A stretch of 64,000 bases of DNA from an uncultured Fibrobacterota bacterium (GTDB taxonomy: Bacteria; Fibrobacterota; Chitinivibrionia; Chitinivibrionales; FEN-1185): the NCBI GenBank assembly GCA_963729895.1, contig CAVSQB010000019.1:175128-239127 (forward strand). Reading direction: 5' to 3'. This document shows positions 58,490 to 64,000 of the stretch, piece by piece; the first letter of the stretch is position 1, and each line of letters begins with the position of its first letter. The notes under the pieces were generated by a model that saw nothing but the letters and a program-made list of their open reading frames with translations, did not search any database and was not told the origin of the DNA. The position numbers were made by a program, and so were the translations under genes.

Positions 58490-59770
58490 ATGAAACTGCG
58501 TCTTATCTACCCCAGGTTTAAGAAATTCCTCGAAGATCATGCCGCGCTCCGGGATGAACTCAAAGCACACGTGATCGGCGACTACACCATGCCGCCGTCG
58601 CTTGCGCTTCCGATCATCGCCGCGCTCACGCCGGATTCCGTGGAAGCAAAATTGACAGACGACAACATTGCGGCGATTGATTTCGATGAAAAAATCGACC
58701 TCGCCGTGATCAGCTGCTTTACCCCTCAGGCGCAGCGCGCGTACGAAATCGCCGACGAATTCAGGAAACGCGGGACCAAAACGATCATCGGCGGCATCCA
58801 CCCCTCCGCCCTGCCCGCCGAGGCGCTGGAGCACGCGGATTCGGTGTGCGTCGGGGAAGTGGAGGACGTCTGGAACGACATTCTGAATGACACCAAGAAC
58901 GGCTCCCTCAAGGAGCGGTACAGCGCCTCTTCGTACACCGATCTTGCACAGCTGCCCATCCCACGGCGGGACATTTTCTCTCCTGCCGCGTATCGGTGGA
59001 AAGCCCATCTCGTGCAGGTGATGCGCGGGTGCCCGGCGCCGTGCGCCGGATGCCCTGTTCCCTACATGGGAGGGACGCTGTTTCGCCTTCGGCCCGTAAG
59101 CAAAATCATCGCGGATATTCGCTCCATGCCGTACAAGGAGTTCTATTTTACGGACGATACCGTGATGCTGCCCGGCAAAAAACCGACAAAATTCCTTCTG
59201 TCAATCATGGAGCGGACCCGTGAAATCGACGATATCAAGATCTTCCTTGCCTCCACCATGATGATGACGCCCGACCCGGCGTTCTACCGCCTGCTTCGGC
59301 TGGGCGGCGTATCGTCCATTTACACCGTCTTCGGATTCGACAGAGTTTCGCAGAACCTCTTTGACAGGAGCTGCCCTCCCGACCAGTGGAAGGCCGCGGT
59401 GGATCTTGTGCAAATGGTTGAGGACAGCGGCATCCATTTCTTCGGCTCCTTCGGCATCGGCTTTGACGGTCAGGACAAGCACGTTGTGGACCGGATACTC
59501 AAGTTCACCGACGACGCAAAAATCGACCTTGCGGAATTCTACATTCCCACGCCGTTTCCGGGAACCAGGTTCGGCGAGCAGATCGCTCTTGAAAACAGGC
59601 TGCTTCACAGAAACTACTCGCAGTGGAACCATGCCAACGTGGTCTTCAAGCCGAAGCACTTTACGGAGAAGGAATTGCTCGACGCATTTTATTTCGCGTG
59701 GAGGGAGTTTTTCAGGAATAAAGACCCGAAGGACACGGTGAGGAGTTTTACGTTGAACGAGGGGAAATAG
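58490..59770 (+). CDS. B12-binding radical SAM enzyme 2 (paralogue of 49387-50727)
   Basis: 'MPPSLAL..IAALTP', 'AYEIADEFR', 'GGIHPS', 'VGE' and 'MRGCPAPCAGC'. Colinear with enzyme 1 ('IYP.F.KFLE', 'FFGSFG.GFD', 'AEF.I.TPFP'). Confidence 0.9.
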   Translation: MKLRLIYPRFKKFLEDHAALRDELKAHVIGDYTMPPSLALPIIAALTPDSVEAKLTDDNIAAIDFDEKIDLAVISCFTPQAQRAYEIADEFRKRGTKTIIGGIHPSALPAEALEHADSVCVGEVEDVWNDILNDTKNGSLKERYSASSYTDLAQLPIPRRDIFSPAAYRWKAHLVQVMRGCPAPCAGCPVPYMGGTLFRLRPVSKIIADIRSMPYKEFYFTDDTVMLPGKKPTKFLLSIMERTREIDDIKIFLASTMMMTPDPAFYRLLRLGGVSSIYTVFGFDRVSQNLFDRSCPPDQWKAAVDLVQMVEDSGIHFFGSFGIGFDGQDKHVVDRILKFTDDAKIDLAEFYIPTPFPGTRFGEQIALENRLLHRNYSQWNHANVVFKPKHFTEKELLDAFYFAWREFFRNKDPKDTVRSFTLNEGK

Positions 59771-60078
59771 GTAACGTTCTCAGATAGCAAAGAAACCAAT
59801 TAATGCCGGTAGGGCCTGGCCCCTCTTCAGGGACTTCCAAGGGTCGCCGGCCCTAAGACCCGCCAGGGAAAATGCTTGTTATCACATCCCCCGCGGCCAA
59901 AGCGCCGCACCCCCTTTGAAAGGGGGAAAGAACTTTCCCGGTTTCCGGTTCGGAAAGTTGAAAGCCGTCGGATAATCGCTGAAGTACTCTCCATAGCGTA
60001 GCCAGCACTCCACCGTATTTATTATATTATCCGCACGACATCGATAGCAACAAGTCAAAGTGAACAGGGAGCTCATTC

Positions 60079-60894
60079 ATGGACCTCGAAATCACCGATT
60101 TTCAGCGGGATGTTTTGGACAAGAGCCATGAGATTCCGGTTCTCGTCGATTTCTGGGCCGAGTGGTGCGCGCCATGCCGCATTCTTGGGCCGATTTTGGA
60201 GCGCCTGGCGGCCGCCAATGCCGGCAGATGGATATTGGCAAAAGTCAACACCGAGAAACACCAGGATACCGCCGTCCGGTACCGCGTGGCGAGTATACCC
60301 AATGTAAAGCTCTTCATCGATGGAGAAGTCGTTGACGAGTTCACGGGCGCATTGCCGGAACCCGCCGTGGTGCAGTGGCTGAAAAAAGCGATCCCGGGAG
60401 AATTTGACGCGCAGGTTGAAGAGTCGCTGGAACTGCTGAAGCGCGGTGAGGCGCAGGAAGCCGCGATCCTGTTGGAGCACGTGCTGGAAGCCGAGCCGGA
60501 AAACGTCGGGGCAAAGGTCATGCTGGCCCGCGCGATCGTTTTTACGGATCCGGACCGCGCGTCATCTTTGTGCAGTGGGATAGAAGCCGGTTCCGAGTTT
60601 TACGATACCGCGGAAATGGTCCTTCGATGCGCCGCGCTCCTCGAAAAGAGAAACAGTCCGGGATTGCTGGCGGAAGCACCCGTCAAAGCACTGTACCTCG
60701 AAGCCATAGAGTCTCTCGCGAACCAGGACTACGATTCTGCGCTTGACAAAATGATCCGGGTTCTGGGCGAGGATCGCGCCTATGATGATGAAGGCGCCCG
60801 GAAAGGGTGTATCGCCATTTTCCATTGCCTTGGCGAGGATCATGAGATTACGAAGAAGCATCGGCCGGCATTCGGCAGGGCGCTCTATGTGTAG
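60079..60894 (+). CDS. cnoX: Thioredoxin + TPR chaperedoxin (CnoX/YbbN-like)
   Basis: 'PVLVDFWAEWCAPC', 'SIP.V', 'F.GALPE' and C-terminal TPR 'Y.DEGARK.....F..LG'. Confidence 0.82.
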   Translation: MDLEITDFQRDVLDKSHEIPVLVDFWAEWCAPCRILGPILERLAAANAGRWILAKVNTEKHQDTAVRYRVASIPNVKLFIDGEVVDEFTGALPEPAVVQWLKKAIPGEFDAQVEESLELLKRGEAQEAAILLEHVLEAEPENVGAKVMLARAIVFTDPDRASSLCSGIEAGSEFYDTAEMVLRCAALLEKRNSPGLLAEAPVKALYLEAIESLANQDYDSALDKMIRVLGEDRAYDDEGARKGCIAIFHCLGEDHEITKKHRPAFGRALYV

Positions 60895-61047
60895 ATGAAA
60901 AGGATACTGAGCCGACGTTCGAGGTAATATTCAATATGCTGGGTGATGTAATAGACGTTATTCGGGTGAGTGGCTAATACCTGTTAGCGTCAATAAATTT
61001 GAACGACGATCAGAATTGATAGCCGCTGCCGATGACAAAAGAGTATA

Positions 61048-62341
61048 GGGGACCTCTAAAAATTGCCTAATTTGCCCAATTAATGCTTGACAAAGGCTAT
61101 TTCGTCAATTATTTTAATTCCAGACAACAAACCTGCGAACCCACTACCGTCTGGAGGATATTGCGATGGGACAGATAGGCCTTTTTGACCTTGAGAATCG
61201 CCTTTCCGAGCTTTCCGAAATGGGAGACCCTCTTGAAACCATCAATCGGGCCATACGTTGGAAGAGTTTTCGTCCTGTTATTGACAAGGCTTTTCGCAAG
61301 GAACGGAAGAGCAACGCCGGTCGTCCACCGTACGATTATATCCTGATGTTCAAGATTCTCGTGTTGCAGACGATGTATGGGCTTTCCGATGCGCAAACCC
61401 AGTTTCAGATTCTGGACCGATTGACGTTCAAACGGTTTCTTGAACTCACTTCCGAGGATAGCATTCCCGACGAGAAAACGGTCTGGTTGTTTCGGGAAAC
61501 GCTGACACAAGCAGGCGTTGTCAAGAAGCTGTTTGACCTGTTCGGTCGTCAGTTGAACGAAGCGGGTTACACTGCCCAGAAAGGCCAAATAATAGATGCG
61601 AGTTTTGTCGAGGTACCTCGCCAGAGAAACACGCGGGAGGAGAATAAAGAAATCAAGAACGGGGGCACGCCGCAGGAATGGGAAAAGCACCCTGAGAAAC
61701 TTCGTCAGAAAGATGTTGATGCGCGATGGACGAAGAAGAACGATCAGACGTTTTTTGGCTACAAGAACCATGCGTCGGTAGACGCGAAGCATAAAATCAT
61801 TCGAGACTATGCGGCGACATCCGCAGAAGTGCACGACTCCAATATGCTTGAACCTCTCCTTAATCCTGAGAACACGAACGCGGACGTGTTTGCCGACAGC
61901 GCGTATCATTCGGAAAAGGCGGAACAAAGGCTTGATTATCTCTGGTACAGAAGCAAAATATGTGTCAAAGGGACTCGTGGCGCACCATTGACGGAAGCAC
62001 AATTGGCACAGAACCGGAAGAAATCCAAAGTCAGATCGCGTATAGAACATGTGTTTGCTCAAATAGAAATCATGTTTCGTGGCAGGATCAGGTGTATCGG
62101 GCGGCTGAGGGCCGCGGCGAAGATAGGACTCCTGAACCTGGTTTACAACATAAAACGCTTTGCATATCTTGAGTGCCACGCCTGAAAAGCGGGACAGGAC
62201 CGCACAAGGCCCCCAAAGGGACCGAAAAAAGAACAGTTTTGGGCACCTATCAGACAAATAGACGCCCTGACATCGCGAAATAATACTATCTGTCAACATG
62301 ATCTTGGAATCTACTATTTTACAGAATTTTTAGAGGTCCCC
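61048..62341 (+). mobile_element. IS5-family insertion sequence (second type)
   Basis: Perfect 17-bp IRs GGGGACCTCTAAAAATT / AATTTTTAGAGGTCCCC, flanked by TATA at 61044-61047 and 62342-62345. Confidence 0.92.
61166..62185 (+). CDS. IS5-family DDE transposase
   Basis: 'GDPL', 'GRPP', 'LSD...EFQ..DR.-like', 'PDEKT.WLFRE', 'IDASFV', 'GYK.H', 'ADSAY' and 'RSRIEHVF'. Confidence 0.92.
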   Translation: MGQIGLFDLENRLSELSEMGDPLETINRAIRWKSFRPVIDKAFRKERKSNAGRPPYDYILMFKILVLQTMYGLSDAQTQFQILDRLTFKRFLELTSEDSIPDEKTVWLFRETLTQAGVVKKLFDLFGRQLNEAGYTAQKGQIIDASFVEVPRQRNTREENKEIKNGGTPQEWEKHPEKLRQKDVDARWTKKNDQTFFGYKNHASVDAKHKIIRDYAATSAEVHDSNMLEPLLNPENTNADVFADSAYHSEKAEQRLDYLWYRSKICVKGTRGAPLTEAQLAQNRKKSKVRSRIEHVFAQIEIMFRGRIRCIGRLRAAAKIGLLNLVYNIKRFAYLECHA

Positions 62342-62428
62342 TATAATTAGAAGGAATGGCGCACATGCCAAACGCTACCGTGACGGCAGCGAAAACTTGG
62401 AAAATCGCATCTAAGAAATGAGGCATTT

Positions 62429-63298
62429 ATGAGTAAATGTGCTTGGTGTGGACGAGAATATTCCGGATTAAATTTTTCGAGGTTTTGCAGTAAGAAATGT
62501 AGCAATGAATATAAGGAATCAGAGACTAAAACCAGCAAGGGTTCAAAATCTGTCAAAAACATGTTTGGCGTCATTGTGATTTTGTTAATCATAGGTGCTG
62601 TTTTCCTTAGTAATCATAAATCAACTACGAACCCTAACCGTTCTGACAATACTCAACAAAGTTCAAACAACCAAGTTCCTAATCAAGTCCCACCCCAAGT
62701 TTCTCCAACAGACAATTCTCACCCAGCAGTGGAAGGCTCCACACCCGCAAGCACAGTACCCCAGCCTCAGCCGCCTATGGATTCTTCCCGGGGAGATCAA
62801 GACGGCTGCGTAAAAGCAAACGGAGAGCACTTCGTTGACTATGCCGAGGCTGGAAAGATTGCAGAGATCCGCAGCATCGCTGAAGTTTGCACTAAAATAA
62901 TTGACTATCAAAATAGGCATCGAAAACGCACGGCCCTCATGTATGCGGCAGATCGCAACAGAACTGATGTTGTGAATTATTTGTTAAGCAAGAACGTGTC
63001 ACTTAACATACAAGACCGTGACGGAAGAACGGCGTTGATAGACGCCGCCGACAGGAAGAATGTTCCTGTGTCAAGCGCGCTGCTTGATGCTGGTGCTGAT
63101 CAGAATCTGCAGGAAATCGACGGATTAACCCCGCTCATGATAGCTGTGGAAAAGAAAGATGTACCACTTGTGGCTGCACTAATGGCTCACAGGCCAGATT
63201 TGTCTTTGAAAAACAAAGCCGGGAAGACGGCTTTTGAAATTGCGAGCAATAAACGCAACGGAGAAATTCTTGCCCTGCTAAACCAATCGAGCAAATAG
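62429..63298 (+). CDS. Membrane-anchored ankyrin-repeat protein with N-terminal Cys zinc-binding motif
   Basis: CAWCG...FCSKKC, one TM helix, a Gln/Pro/Ser linker and 'TAL..AA', 'GRTAL', 'GLTPL', 'GKTA' ankyrin repeats. Confidence 0.85.
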   Translation: MSKCAWCGREYSGLNFSRFCSKKCSNEYKESETKTSKGSKSVKNMFGVIVILLIIGAVFLSNHKSTTNPNRSDNTQQSSNNQVPNQVPPQVSPTDNSHPAVEGSTPASTVPQPQPPMDSSRGDQDGCVKANGEHFVDYAEAGKIAEIRSIAEVCTKIIDYQNRHRKRTALMYAADRNRTDVVNYLLSKNVSLNIQDRDGRTALIDAADRKNVPVSSALLDAGADQNLQEIDGLTPLMIAVEKKDVPLVAALMAHRPDLSLKNKAGKTAFEIASNKRNGEILALLNQSSK

Positions 63299-63318
63299 TA
63301 AGGTTAGGCAATAAGCAT

Positions 63319-63873
63319 ATGATGATTGCGACCTATTCCGATTACATTGAGAACTATATCTTGACTCCACGCGAAGGTTGTCCGGGAGAGCACCATTTCG
63401 TGGCCACCTATTTATTGCCAAGGCTATGCGGGATCATGAAATCAATTCCAGACTACGTTAATCCCGATGGAATGATGAGAAAAATTGGTGATGTTATCTA
63501 TTACAACAACGGAGAGCCAGAGCTCACAATCGAAGTTAAATTTCAGTACGTAAAACTAACGTCCGCTCAATATAACAGTTGGATAGTTGACACAGATCAG
63601 AATCAATATCCGGACCTCTTTATTGGAATTTGCTCCCAAGGAATTTGTCTTTTATCTTGGGCGGACTTCCGCAACCTATATCTGAACATGAAGGAAATAC
63701 GAAGGCCTCAGCCTATAAATGGTGGATATGGCCCACAACTGTCTGTGAATTTAATCGTGGAACGTTTGCACCCCCAACAATTCGGTTTGCAAACCAGAAC
63801 ATCAGCAAAACAACTGTACGAAACTAATTTTCTAGCTCGGCTTGAAGCGATGGTGGTAAACGCCGCAAAATAA
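63319..63873 (+). CDS. Hypothetical protein, PD-(D/E)XK nuclease-like
   Basis: AT-rich 184-aa ORF with 'GE..F', 'NPDG...GDV' and 'IEVK'. Confidence 0.5.
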   Translation: MMIATYSDYIENYILTPREGCPGEHHFVATYLLPRLCGIMKSIPDYVNPDGMMRKIGDVIYYNNGEPELTIEVKFQYVKLTSAQYNSWIVDTDQNQYPDLFIGICSQGICLLSWADFRNLYLNMKEIRRPQPINGGYGPQLSVNLIVERLHPQQFGLQTRTSAKQLYETNFLARLEAMVVNAAK

Positions 63874-64000
63874 AAAGGCACACCCATGCGCTCAAGAAAA
63901 CGTGCGCCATAAAAACGAGAGACAAAGAGCGGCGGCGGGAAAAATTACACCATGGCGGCGTTCAAATTTACAGCCGATAGGATGCATCGGGCGGAGGTCC

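Noticed and set aside
59808..59960. REP-like hairpins (GTAGGGCC..GGCCCTA; CCCCCTTTGAAAGGGGG; similar at ~18437 and ~4937)
   Set aside because: Probably ordinary dispersed palindromes or terminators; too short and variable to define an element from this window.
63290..63320. GTTAGGC before the last ORF as an integron attC/cassette boundary
   Set aside because: No matching RYYYAAC inverse core or attC-type palindrome is visible, and there is no integron integrase in the window.

Overview
Chromosomal window from a Gram-negative bacterium, probably of the FCB group. A TIGR02147-family gene and glycoside hydrolases with T9SS-type C-termini suggest Fibrobacterota/Chitinivibrionia (inference). Left to right: (1) 1-7.6 kb, the edge of a defence island abutting the 3' end of a tRNA-Met(CAT). 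It holds a type IIG restriction-modification fusion, an AAA_21 ATPase + RloB-like pair (AbiL/RloAB-like) and a DUF3800 gene. The DUF3800 gene is preceded by its own sigma70 promoter and a ~110-nt highly structured RNA (hairpin, perfect three-way junction, U-tract). The island also has a repeat-rich non-coding tract, a broken ribbon-helix-helix gene and integrase arm-type-like repeats. (2) 8-27 kb, an envelope/stress cluster (DedA, secreted repeat protein, TolB, 6xBON, Slp, S10 peptidase, Pal, DegQ, TolC-MacAB-type pump) with five sigma54-type -24/-12 promoters. (3) 27-34.6 kb, three secreted glycoside hydrolases (GH95-like, GH31, GH87-like). (4) An FHA-GAF adenylate cyclase and a TIGR02147 + lipoprotein pair. 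(5) A TetR-regulated TolC/HlyD/ABC-2 exporter. (6) 49.4-59.8 kb, an unusual type II FAS/PKS-like lipid cluster: two B12-radical SAM enzymes, FabG, an active KS plus an inactive CLF-like KS, ACP, an LpxL-type acyltransferase and a CrtI-like oxidoreductase. It is reminiscent of ladderane-type loci. (7) CnoX-like thioredoxin, an ankyrin protein and an orphan PD-(D/E)XK-like nuclease. Five intact IS elements with visible target-site duplications are present (IS1380, two identical IS5, IS4, a second IS5 type); two of them split genes. The best candidates for undescribed biology are the DUF3800 + structured RNA module and the B12-radical-SAM lipid cluster. All family calls come from motif recognition by eye, not database searches.
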